From a virus (lineage: Duplodnaviria; Caudoviricetes), in the IMG/VR virus record IMGVR_UViG_3300020472_000040, positions 1 to 50,666 of that record: DNA of 50,666 bases; one strand, written 5' to 3'. Both the position numbers and the translations under genes were made by a program. Each line of letters opens with the position of its first letter. Within the stretch, counting starts at the first letter, position 1. This document shows, one piece after another, positions 19,143 through 27,965 of this stretch. The notes beneath the pieces were generated by a model that worked only from the letters and a program-made list of their open reading frames with translations, was not told where the DNA came from and did no database searches.

Positions 19143-19586
19143 ATGAGTTTTTTACAAACAACAGATAATCAAAAGAAAAGAAAACTAACTGATAAACAAG
19201 AAAAATTTCTAAGTGCCCTTGCTGGTGAAGCAAAAGGTGACGCTAGACAGGCTCTTGTAGTGGCAGGTTATGAACCTACATCTTACTATGCTGTACTTGA
19301 TTCCCTAAAGGAAGAGGTAGTAGATGTTGCAAATACTATATTAGCCCATAGTGCTCCAAAGGCGGCAGCCAAATTGGTGGATGTACTTGATAGTGATGCA
19401 CCAATTCCTCAAGTAGGTGCTAAGTTACAGGCGGCTCAGACTCTTTTGGATAGAGTCGGCATTAGCAAAAGAGAAAGAGTTGATGTTACTCATAATATGG
19501 GTGGTGGTATTTTTCTTTTACCTGATAAAGAAGAAATGATTATAGAAGCAAAGGATGCTGAATACGAAGAAGTAAAAAATGAATAA
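19143..19586 (+). CDS. terS: Terminase small subunit (putative)
   Basis: LT.KQ..F HTH with AGY; LLDR.G; upstream of terL. Confidence 0.7.
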   Translation: MSFLQTTDNQKKRKLTDKQEKFLSALAGEAKGDARQALVVAGYEPTSYYAVLDSLKEEVVDVANTILAHSAPKAAAKLVDVLDSDAPIPQVGAKLQAAQTLLDRVGISKRERVDVTHNMGGGIFLLPDKEEMIIEAKDAEYEEVKNE

Positions 19587-19857
19587 AGTTATTTATAAAA
19601 GAAAGACAAGTTCTACTATTCCTTTTGGTTATAAGCAATCGGAAAGCATGGAAGGATTTATGGAGCCAGTACCTGAACAACTCAGTGCTCTAGAAGAAGC
19701 AAAAGGACATATTATAAATGGTGCTTTATCTCTTCGTGGAGCAGCTGAACAACTTCAGTACAGAACAGGACGAAGTATCTCTGCTGTTGGTTTAAAGAAA
19801 ATAGTAGATAAGGAAAAGAAAAAAGAAAGAAGTTTATTATCAAAAAATATCTATTGA
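19579..19857 (+). CDS. Small DNA-binding protein (IPFGY, recombinase-like HTH)
   Basis: STIPFGY...SLRGAA..L...TGRSIS.VGL. Confidence 0.6.
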   Translation: MNKVIYKRKTSSTIPFGYKQSESMEGFMEPVPEQLSALEEAKGHIINGALSLRGAAEQLQYRTGRSISAVGLKKIVDKEKKKERSLLSKNIY

Positions 19858-19870
19858 TTATTTATATTAT

Positions 19871-20065
19871 ATGGAAGAAGATTTTAAAATAAGAAGTGAA
19901 TTACTACGAAGAGCAAAAGAAAAAGAAAAAAGAAAACCATTTGATGAACATTGGACAGAAGAAGACAAACTTTGGGATATCAGTATGAAAGAATCTTTTA
20001 GACAAAGAGATGAAAGATTAAAAAGAAAAAATGGAAGAAGAGATAAAAAAGAAAAAACCAGGTAG
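19871..20065 (+). CDS. Hypothetical charged protein
   Basis: 64 aa overlapping the terL start. Confidence 0.55.
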   Translation: MEEDFKIRSELLRRAKEKEKRKPFDEHWTEEDKLWDISMKESFRQRDERLKRKNGRRDKKEKTR

Positions 20066-21623
20066 ACCTAAAGGTTCTAAAAGTCCAAGGCATTTAACTC
20101 GTGAGCATCAAGCGAAACTTCAAGCTGCTAGAGAGTTAAAAGCTAAACGAAAAAAGATTGAAAGGTTAAGTGTTAAGCTTCATAAGGAAAAAGAAAAACT
20201 AAAAGATACTAAAGAAGCTTTAACTTCTCCTGTGTTAACTGAAAGCACTAAGGAGAACTTACCTACAAAGGTAAAAGATTTTATAGAAGAAAACAAAGAA
20301 TCGATTGTCTTTAAACCTAACAAAGGCCCACAGACAGATTTCTTAGCCGCACCAGAACAAGATGTGTTATATGGTGGAGCTGCAGGTGGTGGTAAATCTT
20401 ATGCAATGTTAGTTGACCCATTAAGATTTATGCATCGACCGAGTCATAGAGCATTATTACTTAGAAGGTCTATGCCAGAACTACGAGAGCTTATAGATAA
20501 ATCAAGAGAACTTTATCCAAAAGCTTTTCCTGGAGCAAAGTTTAGAGAAGTTGAAAAGATTTGGCGGTTTCCTTCTGGGGCATTACTTGAGTTTGGTTAT
20601 CTTGATAGAGACGCTGATGTGTACAGATATCAAGGACAAGCTTATAGTTGGATAGGAATTGACGAGTTAACTCAGTATCCAACTGAGTTTCCACTTCAGT
20701 ATTTGCAATCACGATTGAGGACAACTGACCCAGAAATTAAAACCTATATTCGGTGTACTGCAAACCCTGGAGGCGTTGGTGGCCATTGGGTAAAAAAGAG
20801 ATATCTTGACCCATCACCACCTAATGAAAGTTTTGAAGGTAACGACGGTTTAAGTCGTAAGTTTATTCCTGCAAGACTTGATGATAATCCGTATCTTGCT
20901 GAAGACGGTAGATACGAGCAGATGTTAGCATCACTACCTCCAGTACAAAGAAAACAATTAATGGAAGGTAACTGGGATGTTAGCGAAGGTGCAGCCTTTG
21001 CAGAGTTTGATGTAGAGAAACATATCATACCTCCATTTCAAATACCTTATCATTGGCAAAAGTATAAAGGTATTGATTATGGTTACGCTGCTGAGTCTTG
21101 TTGTGTGTGGGCAACCTTAGACCCTGAAGATGATACTCTTATTATTTATAGAGAACTTTATCAAAAAGGTTTAACAGGTGAAGACCTTGCTTCACTAATA
21201 ACTGAGATGGAACAAGAAGAGCGTAAAAGTATACAAGGTGTTCTTGATACTGCTGCTTGGAATAGAACAGGAACAACAGGTCCTACAGTTGGTGAAACTT
21301 TAGTAAGAGCTGGACATAAACTTAGACCAGCAGATAAAAATAGAATACAAGGTAAAATACAAATACACGAAAAATTAAAACCTAATAAAGAAACAGGAAG
21401 ACCAAGATTACAAATTATGTCTAACTGTGTAAATTTAATTAGAGAGTTACAAAGTATTCCATGTGACCCTAATAGACCAGAGGATGTTGATACAAAAGCA
21501 TCTGACCATGCATATGATGCATTAAGATATCTAATTATGTCTAGGCCAAGAATGCCTAGTGCATATAGAGAGATGGGCGACATAAAAAGATTTACTCCTT
21601 CAGACCCAACTTTTGGATATTAA
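20031..21623 (+). CDS. terL: Terminase large subunit
   Basis: Walker A GGAAGGGKS, Walker B IGIDE, TANPGG, nuclease GIDYG and DHAYDALRY; N-terminal AT-hook PGRPKG. Confidence 0.97.
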   Translation: MEEEIKKKKPGRPKGSKSPRHLTREHQAKLQAARELKAKRKKIERLSVKLHKEKEKLKDTKEALTSPVLTESTKENLPTKVKDFIEENKESIVFKPNKGPQTDFLAAPEQDVLYGGAAGGGKSYAMLVDPLRFMHRPSHRALLLRRSMPELRELIDKSRELYPKAFPGAKFREVEKIWRFPSGALLEFGYLDRDADVYRYQGQAYSWIGIDELTQYPTEFPLQYLQSRLRTTDPEIKTYIRCTANPGGVGGHWVKKRYLDPSPPNESFEGNDGLSRKFIPARLDDNPYLAEDGRYEQMLASLPPVQRKQLMEGNWDVSEGAAFAEFDVEKHIIPPFQIPYHWQKYKGIDYGYAAESCCVWATLDPEDDTLIIYRELYQKGLTGEDLASLITEMEQEERKSIQGVLDTAAWNRTGTTGPTVGETLVRAGHKLRPADKNRIQGKIQIHEKLKPNKETGRPRLQIMSNCVNLIRELQSIPCDPNRPEDVDTKASDHAYDALRYLIMSRPRMPSAYREMGDIKRFTPSDPTFGY

Positions 21624-21625
21624 AA

Positions 21626-21895
21626 ATGCCTACTTATACATTTAGAAATAAAAAAACAAAAGAAGTTTATGATGTGGTTATGTCATATGAAGAGTTATTA
21701 AAATATAGAAAGAAACGAAACATAGAACAAGTACTACAGCCTTATAAGGTATTTCGTTTAAATGATATGGGTGGACCAGAAGATAGTTTTAGAGAATGGT
21801 GTCGTCAATCTGTTGATGATATAGACACTAATAAATCAAATAATTTCAGACAATCAAAGAAGGAGTATCTATATTCAGATGTCAAAGATAAATAA
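21626..21895 (+). CDS. Hypothetical protein (Cys-less FmdB-like N-terminus)
   Basis: MPTYTF.N..T.E start. Confidence 0.6.
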   Translation: MPTYTFRNKKTKEVYDVVMSYEELLKYRKKRNIEQVLQPYKVFRLNDMGGPEDSFREWCRQSVDDIDTNKSNNFRQSKKEYLYSDVKDK

Positions 21896-22253
21896 GAAAA
21901 ACGAACTAAACGGTAAAATAGTAAGAATAGGGTTTGCAGATGTAGAACTTAAAGAACAAGCACCTCAATTTAAAAAATCAAACATGACAGATTGTTTTGG
22001 TCAATATACTCATAGAGAAAATTTAATTGAGATACAGCCTGGACTTTCTGATATAGATGAGGCAAATACATTGCTACATGAGATAATTCACGGATGTGTT
22101 TATATCTCATCGCTTAATACTGAGGGTCAACCACTATCTTCAGATAATGATGAAGAAGTAGTGGTTAACAGTCTTTCTAATTATTTAATACAAGTATTTA
22201 GAGATAATAAATGGTTACTTCCATATTTAAATAAAAAAGTACTTGACAAGTAG
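21879..22253 (+). CDS. HExxH metallopeptidase-like phage protein
   Basis: FG.Y...I.I, TLLHEIIH, downstream EE.VV. Confidence 0.7.
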   Translation: MSKINKKNELNGKIVRIGFADVELKEQAPQFKKSNMTDCFGQYTHRENLIEIQPGLSDIDEANTLLHEIIHGCVYISSLNTEGQPLSSDNDEEVVVNSLSNYLIQVFRDNKWLLPYLNKKVLDK

Positions 22254-22271
22254 TTAAAATGACTGTATAAT
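22243..22271 (+). promoter_or_regulatory. Sigma70 promoter for head genes
   Basis: TTGACA-17-TATAAT. Confidence 0.85.
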
Positions 22272-22317
22272 AGAAATTACGAGATTTTATAAATACTTAA
22301 CGAATTAATGGGGATAA

Positions 22318-24555
22318 ATGGCTATAGATAATAATAATAATAGTGATGATATACAAAAGAAAAGCGTAGAAGAAATAGCAAGAGAGCAAGAAAAATCAAG
22401 GCTTTCTGCGTATATCTATAATAAATTTTCTGATGCTGAGTCCTCTCGAAGAACTGAAGAGGATAGGTGGCTAGAATCATATCACAACTATCGTGGACAA
22501 TACTTTAAAAACGTTAAGTTTAGAGACCATGAAAAATCAAGAGTCTTTGTAAAGGTAACAAAAACAAAGGTTTTAGCAGCTTATGGACAAATTACAGATG
22601 TCCTATTCTCTGCAAATAAGTTTCCCATCTCTGTAGAAGAGACTAAGGTACCAGAAGGTGTAGCAACTTTTGCACATCTCAATCCATTAAAAGAGCAATT
22701 AGGTGACGGTCTTCAACAACCCACACCATCTATCGAAGGAAACTTGATGGGAATGGGTATTTCAAGTGAGACTCCTGCCCCAACACCAGATATCGCTCCC
22801 CTTGGTTTTGAAGGGGATGGGAAAACCCTAGAACCAGGAGCTACTCTTCAAACTGTTAACGAAGATTTTTTAGCATCTCTTAGAAAAGAGTATAATGGAG
22901 CAGACCTTGAAGAAGGTCCAGCACCTATGCCTGAGATGCCACAAATAAAACCAGCTCAAATAGCAGCTCGTCGTATGGAAAAACTAATACACGATGAGAT
23001 TGAAGAATCCAATGGTGGTAGCGAATTAAGAAATTCTATATTTGAATCCGTACTGTTAGGTACTGGAATTATTAAAGGACCTTTTACTTTTAATAAAACT
23101 CTTCACGTTTATAATAAGAGTGAAGAGGGAGCTAATAAATATGCACCTAAACAAGTAAAGGTACCGAAGGTAGAGCATGTAAGTCTTTGGGATTTTTATC
23201 CTGACCCAAATGCTAAGAATATTGAAGAATGTGAGTTCACAATTCAGCGACATAAATTTAATAGAAATCAATTAAGGAATTTGCTGAACCGACCATTCTT
23301 TGATAAAAAAGCAATACTAGAAGTATTGGAAAAAGGACCCAATTATAAAAACAGAAGTTTCGAAGCAAGTTTAGATTTAGGTGAAGATACTCACGATTCT
23401 ACAGAAGCCTCTACTAGATTTGAAGTTTTAGAATATTGGGGTATTGTAGATAAGTCAGTACTTGAAGCTTCTGGTATGGAAATTCCAGAGGAGTTTACAG
23501 AAGAGTCTGAATTACAAATTAATGCTTGGGTAACTGAAGATAAGGTTTTAAGAATGGTTGTTAATCCATTTAAGCCTTATAGAATACCTTATCATTCTTT
23601 TCCTTACGAAAAAAATCCTTATAGTTTCTTTGGTATCGGTGTTCCAGAAAACATGTCAGATGCTCAAGCAATTATGAATGGACATGCAAGGATGGCTATT
23701 GACAACCTTGCACTATCAGGTTCACTTGTTTTTGACATAGATGAATCAGCTCTTGTAGCTGGTCAGTCAATGGATGTGTATCCTGGAAAAATATTTAGAA
23801 GACAAGCAGGTATGCCTGGACAAGCTGTACATGGACTTAAGTTTCCAAATACAGCAACAGAGAACATGATGATGTTCGATAAGTTTAGACAACTTGCTGA
23901 TGAATCAACAGGTATTCCGTCGTACTCTCACGGACAAACTGGTGTGCAAAGTATGACAAGAACTGCATCTGGTATGTCTATGTTATTAAGTGCAGCGAAC
24001 TTGAACGTAAAAACTGTAATCAAAAACATTGATGACTATTTACTAAGACCACTTGGTGAAAGTTTCTTTCAATGGAATATGCAATTTTACGAAGGCGACT
24101 TAAACATTGAAGGTGACTTAGAGATAAAGGCAACAGGTACTTCAAGCTTGATGCAAAAAGAAGTAAGGTCTCAAAGGCTAACAATGTTCTTACAAACTGT
24201 TCAGAATCCAGCGATTGCACCATTCGTTAAGATTTCTGAAATAATAAAAGAACTTGCATATAGCTTAGACTTAGACCCTAATGAAGTTATCAATGACCCA
24301 GCGGCTGCTGAGATATATGCTAAAATTATAGGATTACAAAACAATGTTCAGCAACAAGGAAATCAAGACCCTGCACCAACTGACGACCAGCCCCCAATGG
24401 ACGGTTCTCAAGAATTACCTCCTGAAGCTTCAGGAACAGACAGTCAAGGAACTGGCAATGGGACAATCGGAACAAGCAATGTACCGCAGCCAGGGGAAAT
24501 GGAGTTTACTGGAACAGTTAATACACCTCCAGGAAACAACCAAAACTTACAATGA
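22318..24555 (+). CDS. Portal protein
   Basis: 745 aa after terL; W...Y.NYRG, LGTGI.KGP, DFYPDP, TRTASGMSML; low-complexity tail. Confidence 0.92.
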   Translation: MAIDNNNNSDDIQKKSVEEIAREQEKSRLSAYIYNKFSDAESSRRTEEDRWLESYHNYRGQYFKNVKFRDHEKSRVFVKVTKTKVLAAYGQITDVLFSANKFPISVEETKVPEGVATFAHLNPLKEQLGDGLQQPTPSIEGNLMGMGISSETPAPTPDIAPLGFEGDGKTLEPGATLQTVNEDFLASLRKEYNGADLEEGPAPMPEMPQIKPAQIAARRMEKLIHDEIEESNGGSELRNSIFESVLLGTGIIKGPFTFNKTLHVYNKSEEGANKYAPKQVKVPKVEHVSLWDFYPDPNAKNIEECEFTIQRHKFNRNQLRNLLNRPFFDKKAILEVLEKGPNYKNRSFEASLDLGEDTHDSTEASTRFEVLEYWGIVDKSVLEASGMEIPEEFTEESELQINAWVTEDKVLRMVVNPFKPYRIPYHSFPYEKNPYSFFGIGVPENMSDAQAIMNGHARMAIDNLALSGSLVFDIDESALVAGQSMDVYPGKIFRRQAGMPGQAVHGLKFPNTATENMMMFDKFRQLADESTGIPSYSHGQTGVQSMTRTASGMSMLLSAANLNVKTVIKNIDDYLLRPLGESFFQWNMQFYEGDLNIEGDLEIKATGTSSLMQKEVRSQRLTMFLQTVQNPAIAPFVKISEIIKELAYSLDLDPNEVINDPAAAEIYAKIIGLQNNVQQQGNQDPAPTDDQPPMDGSQELPPEASGTDSQGTGNGTIGTSNVPQPGEMEFTGTVNTPPGNNQNLQ

Positions 24556-24585
24556 TACTAATAAAGAATAAAAGGAGATAATACT

Positions 24586-24822
24586 ATGGGCATATTTGAT
24601 AAATTTTTATCCGACCCCAATCCAAATTTTTATAAAATTGAAGGGAAGGGAAAAGGCTTTGTTTTAAAAAATGAAGCAAGAACAAAGCAACATAGGTTTG
24701 AACCTGTAAAAAAGAAGAGTATATTTGACAAGGTGAGATATAATAGATTTACGACTGATGCATCAAAACCTGCAGGACCTAAAAAAGCTGGTAAGAAAAC
24801 AACAAAGTTATTTGAATATTGA
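24586..24822 (+). CDS. Small basic protein
   Basis: SD AAGGAG; contains IFDK twice and KGFV. Confidence 0.7.
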   Translation: MGIFDKFLSDPNPNFYKIEGKGKGFVLKNEARTKQHRFEPVKKKSIFDKVRYNRFTTDASKPAGPKKAGKKTTKLFEY

Positions 24823-24829
24823 GGGTAGT

Positions 24830-25087
24830 ATGGATTTTTATAAAACAAAATTTGCTGCATTATTTTCGAGGCCCAAAAATCCAGGAGAAGTTCAGAGAGA
24901 TTATGCTAGTAACCAAAGCATTAAAATTCAAACTAATAAAGCTAAATGGAAACCTAAACCTACTCCTAAAAATCCAGGAGAAGTTCAAAGAAACTACGCT
25001 AGTAAACAAAGTATGAAAATTCAAACTAATAAAGCTAAATGGAACAAAGGTTTTATTTATGAAAAAGGGAGTCCGCATAAGAGATGA
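24830..25087 (+). CDS. Small basic protein with two ~31-aa repeats (start 24830 preferred)
   Basis: SD GAGG; PKNPGEVQR.YAS.QS.KIQTNKAKW occurs twice. Confidence 0.7.
   Translation: MDFYKTKFAALFSRPKNPGEVQRDYASNQSIKIQTNKAKWKPKPTPKNPGEVQRNYASKQSMKIQTNKAKWNKGFIYEKGSPHKR
24872..25044 (+). repeat. Intragenic direct repeat, 93-nt period
   Basis: aaaaatccaggagaagttca...attcaaactaataaagctaaatggaa, copies starting at 24872 and 24965. Confidence 0.9.
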
Positions 25088-25374
25088 GTGATAGAAAAGT
25101 AATTAAACTACAGCCTGTTAAAATAGGTAATCTTTTTGACAAGATAATTCGAGATGCTGCTAAGAAAGCTCTCGATAAGGGAAACATATCTCAAAGTTAT
25201 TATAATAAAAAATTTGGTAATGGTATGAACAAAGGCGGAGTAGCTAAAAGAAAAGGATATAGATGGGGTGGAAATGTTATGCCTGAAAGTAATATCCAAG
25301 AAGGTCCTTTACATAAAAGTCAATTTACTATTTATGGTTCACATAAAAAAGGATTTATAAATACAGATGAGTAA
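25084..25374 (+). CDS. Small basic protein with MNKGG and YRWGG motifs
   Basis: ATGA coupling; 96 aa. Confidence 0.7.
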   Translation: MSDRKVIKLQPVKIGNLFDKIIRDAAKKALDKGNISQSYYNKKFGNGMNKGGVAKRKGYRWGGNVMPESNIQEGPLHKSQFTIYGSHKKGFINTDE

Positions 25375-25579
25375 CAAGAAAATTCAAGTTGCTGATTGGT
25401 ATGATAAACATTGGGACCACTGGCTTAATACAAAAGAAAAAATATCTCCTAAAGAAATAGATGGACTTTTTCCAAAAGAATTTAAACAAGAATTACATAA
25501 AGAATATTTAAAAGATACCTATCCAACAAAAGGTTTAGCAAAACTAAAAAAGAAAAACTATAAAGGATTTATAGCGTGA
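25367..25579 (+). CDS. Small protein ending KGFIA
   Basis: Overlap-coupled; 70 aa. Confidence 0.7.
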   Translation: MSNKKIQVADWYDKHWDHWLNTKEKISPKEIDGLFPKEFKQELHKEYLKDTYPTKGLAKLKKKNYKGFIA

Positions 25580-25761
25580 GTGATAATAATAAAAAATATA
25601 TACGATTTAATACAGGAGCTATGTCACCTAAAAATCCAATTCAAGTTTCTAGTTCAAACATGAAGTTTATGCAAGGTTGGAAAAAACAAGGAAAAGATTA
25701 TGACATAGTTCGTAAAATAAACTTTATGAAAAAGGGTGGAGTAGTTGGGAAACAAAAATAA
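25576..25761 (+). CDS. Small basic protein ending MKKGGVV
   Basis: GTGA coupling; 61 aa. Confidence 0.65.
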   Translation: MSDNNKKYIRFNTGAMSPKNPIQVSSSNMKFMQGWKKQGKDYDIVRKINFMKKGGVVGKQK

Positions 25762-25957
25762 AATATCTGTAGAAGGTCATTCATCTAGTCATGGACCTAG
25801 TTATACAAAAGTAAAGTACGGAAATTCTACAAAGAATTTAAGTTTTGATAATTATAATTGGGTTGGTGCAGAATTTAATAAAAATAATTTTAGTGCAAAC
25901 ATAGGCTACAATACTGAATCAAAAGATAAAGGAATAAAAATTAAATGGGAATTTTAA
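25745..25957 (+). CDS. Small beta-strand-rich protein ending in Phe
   Basis: TTG start with upstream GGA; ends GIKIKWEF. Confidence 0.55.
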   Translation: MGNKNKISVEGHSSSHGPSYTKVKYGNSTKNLSFDNYNWVGAEFNKNNFSANIGYNTESKDKGIKIKWEF

Positions 25958-25975
25958 TTAATAAGGAATAATATT

Positions 25976-26833
25976 ATGGCAACACCAGGATACGCAGCAT
26001 TATATAGAGTACCAGGCTCAAATAAAACTGGTAGTGAAGATAAACCTCTTTCTACTATTACTGGAGAAATTAAAGCTCCTACTATGGGATTACAAGCTCC
26101 ACAAGTTCCTTCTTCAGTACAAAACCCAGGACAACCTCAAAGATTATTTGATTCATCAAGAGCTAGGTATGCTGCAGGTGGAATAGCTGGTCTTGAAGAA
26201 AAAGTATTTAGTATTAAAGATGACCCTGGTTATCGTGCTTATGATGATGGTGGTATGGTTATCCCAGAATTACAAGACTCACCTAATAGTGGAATGCCTG
26301 TTGATATGATAGAAGAACAAAACGAAGAAGTAGAAGCTGTTGCAGAAACAGATAAAATGTTAGAAAATGACCAAGCAGTATTAGATGAAGATGAAGAACC
26401 TGATATTGACGAACTAGATAATGAAGATTTACAAGTTAGTATTGATACAACAATGTTAACTACAGAAGATGAACAAGTTTTAGAACAAGCTATAGAAACA
26501 TTTCCAGCGTTATTGGATATAATTCCAAAAATGTTTATAGCTAATGCTACTAATGAATTCTCTGGTGAAGGCGAAGTCGATGGACCAGGAACAGAAACAT
26601 CCGACTCAATCCCTGCAAGATTATCAGACGGAGAGTTTGTATTTACAGCTAAGTCTGTAAAACACTTAGGTGTAGACAAACTTCGTAAGATGATGGCAAA
26701 AGCAGAGGATGATTACGATAAAGATATGAACATCCAAGACGAACAACAAATGGAGTCTACTCCTATGGATATTGTTCCAACGGATGTCATGAGTTCTGCT
26801 CGTGGTGGTTTAATGAAAAACCCCTACAAGTAG
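25976..26833 (+). CDS. Acidic head-assembly/virion protein with GPGT-SDSIPARLS-GEFV domain
   Basis: SD AAGGA; DGPGTETSDSIPARLSDGEFVFTA; lies between portal and scaffold. Confidence 0.75.
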   Translation: MATPGYAALYRVPGSNKTGSEDKPLSTITGEIKAPTMGLQAPQVPSSVQNPGQPQRLFDSSRARYAAGGIAGLEEKVFSIKDDPGYRAYDDGGMVIPELQDSPNSGMPVDMIEEQNEEVEAVAETDKMLENDQAVLDEDEEPDIDELDNEDLQVSIDTTMLTTEDEQVLEQAIETFPALLDIIPKMFIANATNEFSGEGEVDGPGTETSDSIPARLSDGEFVFTAKSVKHLGVDKLRKMMAKAEDDYDKDMNIQDEQQMESTPMDIVPTDVMSSARGGLMKNPYK

Positions 26834-26844
26834 ACTTTATAAAT

Positions 26845-26908
26845 AGAGCGACCCTGGAATCACCAAGGCACTCTGTTTTCGGCTACTCTTGCAATTCTGC
26901 AAGACCCC
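26845..26908 (+). promoter_or_regulatory. Twin-hairpin 5' leader of the scaffold gene
   Basis: AGAG..CC.TGG/CCA.GG..CTCT and perfect TCTTGCA/TGCAAGA stems. Confidence 0.55.
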
Positions 26909-26935
26909 AACAATAACAACGAAAGGTGATTAAAA

Positions 26936-27916
26936 ATGACTGAAAGTAAAGAGAACCCTCTTTTGAAAAAAAGAACTACTTCTCCGAAGAACGATGAACA
27001 AGAAGCTAATCCATATAATCAAAAAAAAGATTATCTTGATTATGATACTATGGATGAAGCAGTACAAAAACCATACGAAGGTGCAAATGATGCGATGGGT
27101 TATAAACAACCAAAACCTAAAGTAGTTGTGGATACAATGATAGACACAGAAGAAACTGCTCAGGAAGAGGAAGTAACTCAAGAAGCTCAACCTTATAAAA
27201 AAGTTGACTATAAAAAAAGGTATGATGATTTAAAAAAACATTATGATACTAAGGTTAACTCTTTTAAACAAAAAGAAGAAGAACTTCATGCACAATTAAG
27301 AGCTAATAGACCAAAATATAAAGCTCCTAAAAGTAAAGAAGAACTTCAAGAGTTTAAAAAGAATTATCCAGATGTTTACGATGTTGTTGAATCAGTTGCT
27401 CATACTCAAACTTCAAAAGAACTTGATGATTTAAAAGAAGAATTAAAAGTTCTTCAGGATAAAAATCAAGAAATTTCTATAAAAGAAGCAGAGTTAACTT
27501 TAGAAAAACTACACCCAGACTTCTCAGAGATTCGAGAATCCGATGAGTTTCATGAATGGGCTGATAGACAACCTGAAGAAATAAAAGGTTGGATTTATAG
27601 TAATGGTTCAAATGCTACTTTAGCTGCTCGTGCAATCGACCTCTTCAAACAGGATGTCGGCAAGTTTAAATCTTCTAATACTAAAAGGAATGTCTCAGGC
27701 GATTTAGTACCTGCTTCAGAAATGATACAGGTAAAAAATAGTAAAGAGATAGGATATGGAAGTAAAAAGATTTGGACTCGTTCACAAATTGCAGCTATGT
27801 CTCAAAGTGAATTTGATAAGAATGAAAAATCTATTACAGAAGCTATGTCTGAAGGTCGTGTCATTAATGATATAAGCCAAAGAAAATATGGCGGTAGTGG
27901 AAATCCGACTTACTAA
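26936..27916 (+). CDS. Capsid scaffolding protein
   Basis: Acidic coiled coil, YKKRY.DL, L...HPDF..I, C-terminal I..A..EGR; directly upstream of the capsid gene. Confidence 0.82.
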   Translation: MTESKENPLLKKRTTSPKNDEQEANPYNQKKDYLDYDTMDEAVQKPYEGANDAMGYKQPKPKVVVDTMIDTEETAQEEEVTQEAQPYKKVDYKKRYDDLKKHYDTKVNSFKQKEEELHAQLRANRPKYKAPKSKEELQEFKKNYPDVYDVVESVAHTQTSKELDDLKEELKVLQDKNQEISIKEAELTLEKLHPDFSEIRESDEFHEWADRQPEEIKGWIYSNGSNATLAARAIDLFKQDVGKFKSSNTKRNVSGDLVPASEMIQVKNSKEIGYGSKKIWTRSQIAAMSQSEFDKNEKSITEAMSEGRVINDISQRKYGGSGNPTY

Positions 27917-27965
27917 TTTTACTCGTACTTAGTTGCTAAATTAACAACTAACTAAGGAGGAAGTA

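Noticed and set aside
18672-19168. Short ORFs in the GC-rich island
   Set aside because: No SD, atypical composition, poly-Gly arising from C-runs, and they overlap promoters
19579-19857. Serine recombinase/integrase indicating lysogeny
   Set aside because: Only a 92-aa IPFGY/HTH piece with no catalytic domain; no att site or repressor recognised
25741-25761. GGGAAAC slippery site fusing the 25576 and 25745 ORFs
   Set aside because: The heptamer is in the wrong phase; the fusion would need +1 rather than -1, and 25745 has its own SD and TTG
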